This document shows, in pieces, positions 10,124 to 18,919 of a stretch of DNA of 31,887 nt. Every line of letters begins with the position of its first letter. Within the stretch, counting starts at the first letter, position 1. Under the pieces are notes generated by a model. The model saw nothing but the letters and a program-made list of their open reading frames with translations. It was not told the origin of the DNA and ran no database searches. Source of the DNA: a virus (Duplodnaviria; Caudoviricetes); the IMG/VR virus record IMGVR_UViG_3300027533_000062, positions 1 to 31,887 of that record. One strand, written 5' to 3'. The position numbers were made by a program, and so were the translations under genes.

Positions 10124-10566
10124 TTACATACGACAAACTCGGTGGACGCACCATTCAATTGTATATCCCGTTCGAATTCAACGGGAGGAAGATTGAATCC
10201 ATATCATTGGCCCCGTTGCGGCTCGGTCATGTGCTGGGCTGGAACGAGGGCCAGTGGAAGAACATGATTGAGCTTCTTGTCGTCATGGCCGGGGTCGAGG
10301 AATCCATTATTCGAGAACTGAGGTATCCAGATGCCGAGCGCGTTGTAGAAACATTTATTGGAATGCTGACGCCTGAAATACGTGCTGACATCGAGTCCGG
10401 CCGCATTCCGGTGAAGGCCGCACCTGATGTTCTCGTTACCGCCGATGAAGTCCACGGCGAAACCACCGTCAACGGCAGCGGTCGTCCTATGAATGTGACA
10501 CAAGGTCCTGGTGTCCCATTGCCCATTGACACTCAACCCGGTTTTGACCTGAGTGAAGAACCATAA
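10120..10566 (+). CDS. Tail assembly chaperone (P2 gpE / Mu gp41-like)
   Basis: IQLYIPFEFNG.KIESISL...L...AGV...I.EL.YPD pattern; lies between tube and tape measure. Confidence 0.75.
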   Translation: MITYDKLGGRTIQLYIPFEFNGRKIESISLAPLRLGHVLGWNEGQWKNMIELLVVMAGVEESIIRELRYPDAERVVETFIGMLTPEIRADIESGRIPVKAAPDVLVTADEVHGETTVNGSGRPMNVTQGPGVPLPIDTQPGFDLSEEP

Positions 10567-10568
10567 AT

Positions 10569-13535
10569 ATGGCCGACCAGGAAACCAGAATCAGACTAAC
10601 GGCGGAAGACAACACCGCCAAGGCGATGACGTCTGCTTCCAACAATGCCAACAAGCTGGAGAAGCAACTCAGCAAGGCATTTTCCGTTCCCCAAATTAAG
10701 TCCGTTGAATTTGCCAGGACCGCCACCACCGGTCTCGCCGCTGTTGGCACTGCCGCGACGACTACGTCTGCTGCTCTTGCTGGATTAGGGGCGGCGGGAG
10801 TAAGAGCCGGTGTCGCCATCCGCACGGGCTTCAGTTCCGTACAACGTGTGTTGAACACGACGCTGACACCCGCCATTGAAGGAGCCAACGTGGCGATGCG
10901 GTCGATGACCGCACGCATGCTCGGTGCAGCAGCAGCGGGTGAAGCCGCTCGTCGCTCGTTCCTGGGGTTTGCATCCATCGACGATCGCATGCGCCTGATG
11001 CAGAATCAAGCCGGTGCAACGCGGGAAGAAATCATAGCGACAACCAAGGCGCTTCGCAATCTGGCATCGGAAACCGGGACGCCGATGAAACAGCTGATCG
11101 AGGGCTTCGATCAGCTGCGCGAAGGCGCCGAACTGTCCCTGAAGGAAACCGAAGCGATCTTCCCGCAAGTGGCCAAGGCTGCTCGCAGCATGGGAGCTGA
11201 TGTCGAGATCCTTAGCAAGAGCATGGCCGCGATGATGCGGAACATGGGCGTGCCAGCCAAGGACGTCGGGCTCGCTTTGGACTACATCGCCAAGGGTGTC
11301 TTTGACTTCAAGTTAAATGCCGACGAGTTGTCGCGCAACATGCCGAAGCTGACCGAGGCTATGAGCGAGTGGGGTTACAAAGGCAAAGAAGGCATCGGCC
11401 GCATGGTGGCGATCCTTGGTTCGTTCCAGAACGTAACCAAGGACACGAGTGAGTCCGTCAATTTGTTTTCCAGAACACTGGAGATGATGGTCAGCCCGGA
11501 TGTTTCCAAGCTGTTGACCAATACTGAAAAGGGAATGACGAACATCCTGCGTAATGCCCAACGACAGGGAAAGGATGTCTACGGCGTCTTCATCGGTTTG
11601 CTTAAGCAGCACAAGTATCGGGACGACGTCCTCGCCAAGTTTTCCGCCAAGGAGCGCCGGGCTATTCGCGAATCCATGAAAGACTACGACGACATGGGCA
11701 AGCGCATCACGTCCGTCTTCAATTCTGCTGGCACCGCCATGCAGGGTTACGAAAACCGACAGGGTGGACCGCAGGCCAGGCTCGACAAGATGATCGCGTC
11801 TGTAGACGAGCTCGGTGAAGAATTCGGGGAACTGCTGCATTCACTCGGTGCCACCGAAGGCATCAAGTGGCTCACGCAACAAATCAAAGACCTCCAGGTC
11901 GAAGTCAAGCAGTTAAGAGAACTCTATGACTATCTGTTCAAGGGCGGTGCGAAGCCGAAGTGGATGGAAAACAAGAACTGGAGCGAGACTATCTTCGGCC
12001 CGAAAGGCGCTGACAATCCGTTGAATCCGGGCAAGTCGGGCAGCCCTCGTGCAAACAAGTGGAGCGCCTTCCCCACACCGGGTGAAGAAACACGACGCGA
12101 AGCGTATAACCGAGAACGGCGTGAGCGCGAGGAAGCACAAAAGAAATTTGACGAACTCAAGAAGAAAACCGACGAGACCACCGGCGGTCTCAAGAAGATG
12201 TCGTTGGAATTAACCGATACCACCGAGGCAGTGAAGATCTGGAAGGCAGCGCTCGGCATCGGCAATCTCGGACCCGGTGGCACTCCCGGTGTCGGCTACG
12301 CGAGCGGCAGCGCGGGCGCGGGTGGCGCGCGTGTGATGCAAGCGACGTACTCGCCGGGCGGGGGCGTTCCTGGAGGAAGTCCTCCTGGAACAGGCGGCAG
12401 TCAAGGCGGCGGTACAACCGGCGGACCGGGCGGTCCCGCAGGATTGGCCGACGAAGGCGGGAAGCCGATTGACGCGGCTACGATGAAGGAGGCCGAGACT
12501 CTCGGTCGCAAGGTCGCCAGTGCTTATGTCGCATCGGCCGGATTCAAGCCGCAAGCGGGTGGAGCCATCGCATCGGTCTGGCGCAAGTGGGGCGAAGCGT
12601 CGTCAGCAGAAGACGTCAACAAGCCTGACCGTCCGTTCGGTAGCACCGTGGCAACGTACCGATCGCGTCGCTATGGCGGCGGAGTTGGTCAACCGCTGGC
12701 GACAGGCGATACGGGTGGTCACGTGATGACCATTGTTCCAGGCTCGTACAATAAGAAGGACGGCACGGTCGGTGTCGTTGATCAGTACGGTTACGGACGG
12801 CGCAAGGTTGCTGATATGGATTTCCGTTACGCGGGTGACGCTGCGGTTGCCGCTGCACGGGAGAAAGCGCAGGGTGTCAAGACGGCGCGACCTGGCGAGG
12901 GAGCGAGTGCGCCCGGAGTGTCTGGAGTGGACAGTCCTAAGACGAAGGATGATCCGCGCGGCATGGAAGGACACATCCGCGAAACCGCCAAGAAGTACGG
13001 TATCGACCCGGATGTCGCCATGCGGGTGGCACGATCAGAGGGTCTAGGTACGTTCCAGTCTTCGGTGCCGAAAACCGGCAAGGGCAGTTACAAGGGACGT
13101 GAAGACAGTTGGGGTGCGTTCCAACTCTATATGGGCGGCGGTCTCGGCAACAGATTCCAAAAAGAAACTGGACTCGACCCACGTGATCCAGCCAATGAGA
13201 AGGCGGCCATTGACTTTGCGCTGCGCGAGGCGGCGCAGGGAGGCAAAGGATGGAAGCCGTGGCATGGTGCCAAGAACACCGGCATCGGTCAGTTCCAGGG
13301 GATCGGCGGCAAGCCAACATCCGTAGCGAAACCGAGAGCACCGGCAGCGGCTCCAGCTGCTCCAATATCAGGAACACCCTCGCAACCGCGCGGTGACATG
13401 GATGTCCCAGTCCAAATGAATGTCCATGTCAAGGATACCGACATGCAGTTTGCGCGGCGCACGCTGCGCCGGGAGGCCGACCGTGAAGTCCGAGAAGCGA
13501 GGTGGAGCAGCTACTCAGATACCGGAGCAGCATAA
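10569..13535 (+). CDS. Tape measure protein with C-terminal CHAP-like remnant and lytic transglycosylase-like domain
   Basis: Ala-rich helical N-half and Gly-rich linker. C-terminal HIRETAKKYGIDPDVAMRVARSEG...SWGAFQL is an SLT-like motif. Position fits a tape measure gene. Confidence 0.88.
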   Translation: MADQETRIRLTAEDNTAKAMTSASNNANKLEKQLSKAFSVPQIKSVEFARTATTGLAAVGTAATTTSAALAGLGAAGVRAGVAIRTGFSSVQRVLNTTLTPAIEGANVAMRSMTARMLGAAAAGEAARRSFLGFASIDDRMRLMQNQAGATREEIIATTKALRNLASETGTPMKQLIEGFDQLREGAELSLKETEAIFPQVAKAARSMGADVEILSKSMAAMMRNMGVPAKDVGLALDYIAKGVFDFKLNADELSRNMPKLTEAMSEWGYKGKEGIGRMVAILGSFQNVTKDTSESVNLFSRTLEMMVSPDVSKLLTNTEKGMTNILRNAQRQGKDVYGVFIGLLKQHKYRDDVLAKFSAKERRAIRESMKDYDDMGKRITSVFNSAGTAMQGYENRQGGPQARLDKMIASVDELGEEFGELLHSLGATEGIKWLTQQIKDLQVEVKQLRELYDYLFKGGAKPKWMENKNWSETIFGPKGADNPLNPGKSGSPRANKWSAFPTPGEETRREAYNRERREREEAQKKFDELKKKTDETTGGLKKMSLELTDTTEAVKIWKAALGIGNLGPGGTPGVGYASGSAGAGGARVMQATYSPGGGVPGGSPPGTGGSQGGGTTGGPGGPAGLADEGGKPIDAATMKEAETLGRKVASAYVASAGFKPQAGGAIASVWRKWGEASSAEDVNKPDRPFGSTVATYRSRRYGGGVGQPLATGDTGGHVMTIVPGSYNKKDGTVGVVDQYGYGRRKVADMDFRYAGDAAVAAAREKAQGVKTARPGEGASAPGVSGVDSPKTKDDPRGMEGHIRETAKKYGIDPDVAMRVARSEGLGTFQSSVPKTGKGSYKGREDSWGAFQLYMGGGLGNRFQKETGLDPRDPANEKAAIDFALREAAQGGKGWKPWHGAKNTGIGQFQGIGGKPTSVAKPRAPAAAPAAPISGTPSQPRGDMDVPVQMNVHVKDTDMQFARRTLRREADREVREARWSSYSDTGAA

Positions 13536-13789
13536 TGCGACAACCACAATGGGTCGTTACTTATCGCCATGAACAGATCGACGGTGGTGTGATGGTCGCC
13601 GAGTTCTTTCGTGGCACGCGTGAAGAGTGCATTCGCATCATGACACATTCTGGTGAGGGCGAAAACGACAAGTGTCCAACCAGCGGATGGAAAGCCGTTA
13701 TGGGCACCGCTAGAAGCTGGGATGTTTTTATTGCGGACATGAACAATGAAGGTGAAGTGATTCTTGAAATTGGTTGCCCGAGGAGATAG
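13535..13789 (+). CDS. Hypothetical protein
   Basis: TAATG coupling, 84 aa, inserted between the tape measure gene and gpU. Confidence 0.6.
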   Translation: MRQPQWVVTYRHEQIDGGVMVAEFFRGTREECIRIMTHSGEGENDKCPTSGWKAVMGTARSWDVFIADMNNEGEVILEIGCPRR

Positions 13790-13795
13790 TGCGAA

Positions 13796-14341
13796 ATGAA
13801 CTACGTCCTATTCCAGTGGGGGCCGATTCAATTTCAGGTGTTCCCCTTCAACGTCAACTCCATGTCGCATGCTACCTCCGCCGACTGGGCGAAGAAAGAA
13901 ATTGCCGGTGCCGCCATGCACCGGGAATGGGTGGGTGAGAACGACGAACAGATCCAGCTGAAGGGACGGGTGTTCCCGCACTATTTCGCCCGCAGATCTC
14001 GGGACGCTCAACGCAACATTCGCCATCCTATCATTGGCCCATCACCCCAGACATCTGGCGGCCGACTTCAAGAACATACCGGTGGACGGCCGAGCGCAGG
14101 TGGACTGAGTCACTTGGATGCATTGGACGAAATGCGTCGTAGAGGTATGGCGCATGTTCTGATGCGAGGAGACGGTTGGCATTTCGGCTGGTATATCATC
14201 GAGACCATGCAGCGAGCGCATTCTTTGATCGCGCAGGACGGCGTCGGGCAGATGATCGAGTTCGAAGCTTCGTTTCAGCGGGTGCCAATCCCCAATGATC
14301 AAGCTGCGCAGTTCAGTTTGCTGTGGGGGACGACGGCATGA
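13796..14341 (+). CDS. Phage tail protein, P2 GpU family
   Basis: LFQWGPIQF...WAKKEIAG...EWVG...I.L.G..FP and LMRGDG..FGWY.IE...GVGQ.IEF motifs. Confidence 0.88.
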   Translation: MNYVLFQWGPIQFQVFPFNVNSMSHATSADWAKKEIAGAAMHREWVGENDEQIQLKGRVFPHYFARRSRDAQRNIRHPIIGPSPQTSGGRLQEHTGGRPSAGGLSHLDALDEMRRRGMAHVLMRGDGWHFGWYIIETMQRAHSLIAQDGVGQMIEFEASFQRVPIPNDQAAQFSLLWGTTA

Positions 14342-14664
14342 TTGATGTAACTTCTTACGATCTTGTAACTGTTCAAGCCGACCGTATCACGGTTGATCTT
14401 ATCGTATGGCGCCGATATCGCAATCGCGCGCCGGGTGTCATAGAAAGACTTCTAGACGACAACCCGCATCTGGCCAAGGCGCACCGCTACAGCCCGTTCC
14501 TGCCGATTGGAACGCAAGTGCGCATCCCGATTGATTTCGGCATCCTCAGCGGCGCACCGAAGATAAAATCTACGGTGGTGCTGTGGGGAACCACGCCATC
14601 CGGCGGCATGACGCAAGGGACTCCGAAAAAGCGTCTGCCTGCGGCTCCGGGGAGCGCATCGTAA
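14338..14664 (+). CDS. Phage tail protein X (P2 GpX family)
   Basis: TVDLIVWRRY...VIERLLDDNPHLA...LPIGT.V.IP...V.LWG. Confidence 0.88.
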   Translation: MIDVTSYDLVTVQADRITVDLIVWRRYRNRAPGVIERLLDDNPHLAKAHRYSPFLPIGTQVRIPIDFGILSGAPKIKSTVVLWGTTPSGGMTQGTPKKRLPAAPGSAS

Positions 14665-14665
14665 G

Positions 14666-16048
14666 ATGGCCGAGCACCAAGGTTCGCGGCGGAGAGCCGC
14701 TTGTCAGATCATGGTCGGCGGGCAAAACGTTACCGCCCGCCTCAACCCGTATTTGATTTCGGTGCAGGTCGTCGACAGTTTTGAAGGTAGCATGGACAAG
14801 TGCTCTATGGAGTTAGACGATCGCAACGCTCAGCTGGTTATCCCTCCGGATGGCGAAGCGATCATGGTGGCGCTAGGCTGGGCCAACGAAGGACCGAACC
14901 TCCCCGGCAAGCTGGTCGATCTGCCGTCCGGCCGCGAACTCAAAGAGTACGAGTGGGGTGGACCGGGAATGCAGATGGTGTTTTCCGGCACGGTAACATC
15001 CGCTGAGTCCGGGTTTTCTCGCCGCGGCGGCGGCCGACGTCTATGGATCGAAGCTGAATCGGCCGACAGCCGGGGTGCGGGTAAAGAAGTTCAGCACGAG
15101 ACACACGGTGAGGGACAACAGGACGACAGCGCCGCACCATCGCAGACCAGCGGGAGCAGTGGTGGAGGCACGGGCGCGGGTGGCGGTGCCGGTGGTGCTG
15201 GTCAAATTCCGTTCATGAAGGTGGCTGAAAGCGTATTTGGCAAGGCTGGGCTCAAGGTCAAGATGTCCCCGTCTATGATGAAGATCGCCCGGGATTTCTG
15301 GCATGTCAAAGAAAGCCCGCATCACTTCGGTCAGCACATGGCCAAGGAACTCGGCGGCTTGTTCAAGGTCGCCAATGGTACGGCGATATTTCTTAAGGCT
15401 GGAGAAGGTCTCAACGCTGACGGTCAAACGCTGGCCGTTGTCGATGCCGAGTGGGAAGTCAATCTAATTGCTTGGCGCATTAAGCCGTTCGTAGGGCGAC
15501 CGCAGTACAGCGAGGCCGCAGCGACGACATTCGATCTGCACAACGCCTCGTTCAACATTATCAAGGCGGCCATCGGCGGAACCAAACCGTTCGGGCGAGC
15601 CAAGGCTATCGCCCATCAGATCAACCAAGTCGCCAACCAAACCAATGCCGAGCAGCAGAACCAAGGATCAACAGCGGATTCGCAATCTGGCCGCGGAACC
15701 GGATGGGCGCTGATCAACGGCGATCCTCGGTGCGCGGCGGGTTCTATGATGAGAGTGATCGGCGCACGACCGGGTGTGGATGGCACCTATGAAATGACTG
15801 AGGTCGAGCATAACTACACGCGCGCCGGATACACCACACGCGCTACTCTGAAGAATCCTAAGCTGGACAGAGGCGATTACAACACTTGGCCGGATGATCC
15901 CGGTGCCGGAACACCGGTGTCGGAACCGCCAGCCGCTCCGGCACCGGAACCTGGATCGACGCCTCAGGAGATCGACAGTGGTCTCACTTTCCCAGATGAA
16001 AGCACGCCGCCACCGATTCAGATACCGCCCGGTGGTGTAAACACTTAA
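14666..16048 (+). CDS. Baseplate hub / late control protein D (P2 GpD family)
   Basis: RLNPYLISVQVVD...D.C.MELDD, ES..HFG..MAKELGG.FKV.NG and GDP...AG...GARPGVDG.Y...EVEH motifs. Confidence 0.88.
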   Translation: MAEHQGSRRRAACQIMVGGQNVTARLNPYLISVQVVDSFEGSMDKCSMELDDRNAQLVIPPDGEAIMVALGWANEGPNLPGKLVDLPSGRELKEYEWGGPGMQMVFSGTVTSAESGFSRRGGGRRLWIEAESADSRGAGKEVQHETHGEGQQDDSAAPSQTSGSSGGGTGAGGGAGGAGQIPFMKVAESVFGKAGLKVKMSPSMMKIARDFWHVKESPHHFGQHMAKELGGLFKVANGTAIFLKAGEGLNADGQTLAVVDAEWEVNLIAWRIKPFVGRPQYSEAAATTFDLHNASFNIIKAAIGGTKPFGRAKAIAHQINQVANQTNAEQQNQGSTADSQSGRGTGWALINGDPRCAAGSMMRVIGARPGVDGTYEMTEVEHNYTRAGYTTRATLKNPKLDRGDYNTWPDDPGAGTPVSEPPAAPAPEPGSTPQEIDSGLTFPDESTPPPIQIPPGGVNT

Positions 16049-16060
16049 GAGGAAAACATC

Positions 16061-17614
16061 ATGATCTCGATCTGTATGTCGTCGGGCCATGGCAAATATA
16101 TTCGGGGAGCTTCTGGATATCTGGACGAAGTGAACGAGGCACGCCGCGTGGTCGAGGAGACTGCGCGACTGTTGCGCGGCGCTGGCGTCGAGATCAAAAC
16201 GTTCCACGACGATCAGAGCCACTCACAGAATGAAAATTTGAATCGCATCGTGAACTGGCACAACTCGAAATCGCGAACGCTCGATGTCAGCATCCACTTC
16301 AACGCCTACCAAACCACCAGCACTGAGATGGGCGTGGAGTGCCTGTACCTGACGCAGAAAGATTTGGCGAAGAAGGTCGCGGACGGCATCGCGAAGGCGA
16401 CGGCTCTGCCGAATCGCGGACCAAAGTACAGAGATAATTTATTCTTCCTCAACTCAACGGCCATGCCGAGTGTGTTGGCGGAGATCGTGTTCGTTGATAG
16501 TTCTGCCGACGCGGAGGTGTACGAGGAGAACTTCAATGAGGTTTGCAGCGCGCTCGCCACGGCACTGTCAGGCAAGGCCATCGGGGTCGCCCCGCCAGTT
16601 TCGCCAGTTGAACCGCCGACAACGCCGCCGGTCATTCCGGAGGAAGAGCCGGGGCGGGAAACCATCGGGCTCGGCGACAAGGGTGACGACGTTGTCTACG
16701 TGCAGAACCTGCTCGGCGTCTTCCCGGCGGATGGCGACTTCGGCCCGATCACCGACGCGGCGGTGCGCGGCTATCAGGCGGCCTATGGTGAGGGCGTGAC
16801 GTGCGACGGCATCGTCGGACCGAAGACGTGGCACGCGCTGGATTACTTGGAGAGCGCGAAGATGTCCGGCAACGACCGGATGCCAGCGGATCAGGCGCGA
16901 CGGATCGCCAAGCTCGCTGAAGAAAGCGCGATAGCGAAGTATTCGTGGAAGGATCGCGGCAAGCTGCCGCTCGGCTACACCGCAGGCATCGCGCAGTGCT
17001 TCGGCCTTGCCGCGACGCGACTGATGGAGGGCCACCCGATAGCGACGACGGCGGCGCAGGCCGACCGCAATCTACCTGACAAGGACGCGCTCAGTTGGTA
17101 TCGCGACAAGTTCACCGCCATCGGCATGGACAATTCGGTGGACGGTATTGACACCTTGCGTGCGTTGTTCGTGCTGCTGCTGGGCCTCGGCGCGCGCGAA
17201 AGTTCAGGACGTTATTGTGAGGGGCGCGACATGAGCGCGACCAACGTCGCCGCCGACACAGCGGAAGCGAGTTGCTATCAAACCAGTTGGAATATCCGGT
17301 CGTGCAGTAGTGCGATTCCGCCATTGCTGCAGGAATATTGGGCCAACCCGAACGGCTTCCTGCCGACGTTCCAAGAGGGCGTATCGCTGAAGAAGGATGA
17401 GCTTGCCAACTTCGGATCAGGTGATGGAGCGAAGTTTCAGTTCTTGAGCAAGTACGCTCCGGCTTTCCATGTGTTCGTGACCGCCGTCGGCTTGCGTTAC
17501 TTGCGCCAGCATTGGGGGCCGATCAACCGGCAGGAGGTCGAGCTTCGGAAGGAAGCGAACGAGATGCTGCTGGATGTCCAGCACCTACTCAGCGAAGATT
17601 CTGCCGAACCATAG
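16061..17614 (+). CDS. Modular endolysin: Amidase_3 N-acetylmuramoyl-L-alanine amidase + PG-binding domain + lysozyme-like C-terminal domain
   Basis: Amidase Zn-site motifs SSGHG...E...SIHFNA...LAEIVFVD; PG_binding_1 motif ADGDFGPIT.AAV..YQ...DGIVGPKTW; C-terminal LGARESSG...YQTSWN. Confidence 0.88.
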   Translation: MISICMSSGHGKYIRGASGYLDEVNEARRVVEETARLLRGAGVEIKTFHDDQSHSQNENLNRIVNWHNSKSRTLDVSIHFNAYQTTSTEMGVECLYLTQKDLAKKVADGIAKATALPNRGPKYRDNLFFLNSTAMPSVLAEIVFVDSSADAEVYEENFNEVCSALATALSGKAIGVAPPVSPVEPPTTPPVIPEEEPGRETIGLGDKGDDVVYVQNLLGVFPADGDFGPITDAAVRGYQAAYGEGVTCDGIVGPKTWHALDYLESAKMSGNDRMPADQARRIAKLAEESAIAKYSWKDRGKLPLGYTAGIAQCFGLAATRLMEGHPIATTAAQADRNLPDKDALSWYRDKFTAIGMDNSVDGIDTLRALFVLLLGLGARESSGRYCEGRDMSATNVAADTAEASCYQTSWNIRSCSSAIPPLLQEYWANPNGFLPTFQEGVSLKKDELANFGSGDGAKFQFLSKYAPAFHVFVTAVGLRYLRQHWGPINRQEVELRKEANEMLLDVQHLLSEDSAEP

Positions 17615-17624
17615 GAGCTTTGTC

Positions 17625-17798
17625 ATGTATTTTCTGATAGCCGCAGCCGTCATCATCTTCATCGCGCTCATCCTGAAGTTCTGGATGAACGTCAACGCGG
17701 AAGAGGGTTTCCTTGGCAAGGGTTTGATGATCATTGTCGCGGTGCTGGTGATCATCGGCATCCTGTCGCTGTTCGGGCTTGTACCGAACTTTCGCTGA
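17625..17798 (+). CDS. Two-TM small membrane protein, holin candidate
   Basis: 57 aa with two hydrophobic helices, RBS AGGAG, immediately after the endolysin. Confidence 0.55.
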   Translation: MYFLIAAAVIIFIALILKFWMNVNAEEGFLGKGLMIIVAVLVIIGILSLFGLVPNFR

Positions 17799-17859
17799 AG
17801 CGCCGCGATCACAAGTTCCGGCGCTTCCGCCGTTTCCGCCTGCACCGCCCGATATTTGC

Positions 17860-17897
17860 AAGGCTCCATGCTGATTCGCGTGGAGCCTTTTTCTTTT
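17860..17897 (+). terminator. Rho-independent terminator ending the late/lysis operon
   Basis: Stem AAGGCTCCATGC / GCGTGGAGCCTT with a 6-nt loop, followed by a T-rich tract. Confidence 0.85.
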
Positions 17898-17904
17898 CCA
17901 AAAC

Positions 17905-17975
17905 AAAACGGTGGCTACACGTAGCGAAACTGTATAGTGTTACCTTCGTTGCAACAGACTTCAACCCTAGGAGTT
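17905..17975 (+). promoter_or_regulatory. Putative promoter and RBS for the accessory cassette
   Basis: TATAGT -10-like hexamer at ~17933 between the terminator and RBS AGGAG; no clear -35. Confidence 0.35.
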
Positions 17976-17983
17976 CCCTGAAA

Positions 17984-18736
17984 ATGAAGAAGCTATTGCT
18001 GGCGGTTACGATGATGGCTGCGTTTGCCAGCGGCGCGAAGGCTGAGATTCTTGGCGGTCTCAATTGGGACGCGTCGGGTGCTACCCTATTGCAGTTGGTG
18101 CCAACGGTGCCAACCGGCAATCAGGTGCAGAACCTTCCCTGCATTATCTGCGGAGCGAATCAGCCGCAGCAGCCGACAGGGTTCGGTTACAATCTGTTCG
18201 GGAATACCGGCAACGCGGACACGGTGGCGTTCTTCTCCACCTCTATCGCCGGTCAACCGCAGACTGGTTTGGCCCTTGACACGTTCGGCGGCCTCTTGAG
18301 TGGCTACTCTATCGGTGACGGCAGCATCTTCCAGAATGCCCTGCTCGGCAGCCTGGGATTTTCTGTCGGTATCGACGTCAACGACACCAACGTCGCGCAG
18401 ACGCTGGAGTCGTTCTGGTTCCTGAACTACACGCAGCAGACTGTGCTGGCCGTGTATTCGCCGGGACCGGGTGGCACGTTGCTTCCGGACATCAACAACG
18501 GAACGGGATTTCCTGATTGGACTCTTACAGGCTTCGACCTGACGGGGATCAATATCGGGGATCGGATCGGCTTCTACGCTCGCATCACCGGTGCGAACGA
18601 TGGGCCGGATTCGTTCTTCATCCAGCCGTTCGCGGTGCCGGGTCCGGCTGTCGGCGCAGGACTTCCTGCGTTGGTGATGGCTTTGGCCGGGATGTTTGGG
18701 TTCAACCGACTGCGTCGTCGTCGTCTCGCTGCGTAA
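17984..18736 (+). CDS. Secreted surface protein with VPGP (PEP-CTERM/VPLPA-CTERM-like) sorting signal
   Basis: Signal peptide MKKLLLAVTMMAAFASGAKA; C-terminal AVPGPAVGAGLP, then a TM helix, then RLRRRR; the mature region lacks Lys. Confidence 0.85.
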   Translation: MKKLLLAVTMMAAFASGAKAEILGGLNWDASGATLLQLVPTVPTGNQVQNLPCIICGANQPQQPTGFGYNLFGNTGNADTVAFFSTSIAGQPQTGLALDTFGGLLSGYSIGDGSIFQNALLGSLGFSVGIDVNDTNVAQTLESFWFLNYTQQTVLAVYSPGPGGTLLPDINNGTGFPDWTLTGFDLTGINIGDRIGFYARITGANDGPDSFFIQPFAVPGPAVGAGLPALVMALAGMFGFNRLRRRRLAA

Positions 18737-18919
18737 ATGCGCAAGCGGCCTTTACTTACTAAGGCCGAGAAAAAAGAACGCCAGCGCATCCTTCAGGTGC
18801 GCTGGCGCAAACGTAATCCTGACTATCAACGGGAATGGCAAGTTGCGAACCGCGAATATGTCAAGCTGATGAAGCGCAAGTACCGGGCGAGGAAGGAGAA
18901 AGAAAAATGTGGGTTCTAA
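18737..18919 (+). CDS. Small highly basic hypothetical protein
   Basis: 60 aa, Lys/Arg rich, starts immediately after the upstream stop. Confidence 0.55.
   Translation: MRKRPLLTKAEKKERQRILQVRWRKRNPDYQREWQVANREYVKLMKRKYRARKEKEKCGF

Noticed and set aside
10535-10570. Programmed -1 frameshift of the tail chaperone at GGTTTTG
   Set aside because: The -1 frame hits TGA at 10545 immediately, and there is no room for an extension ORF before the TMP.
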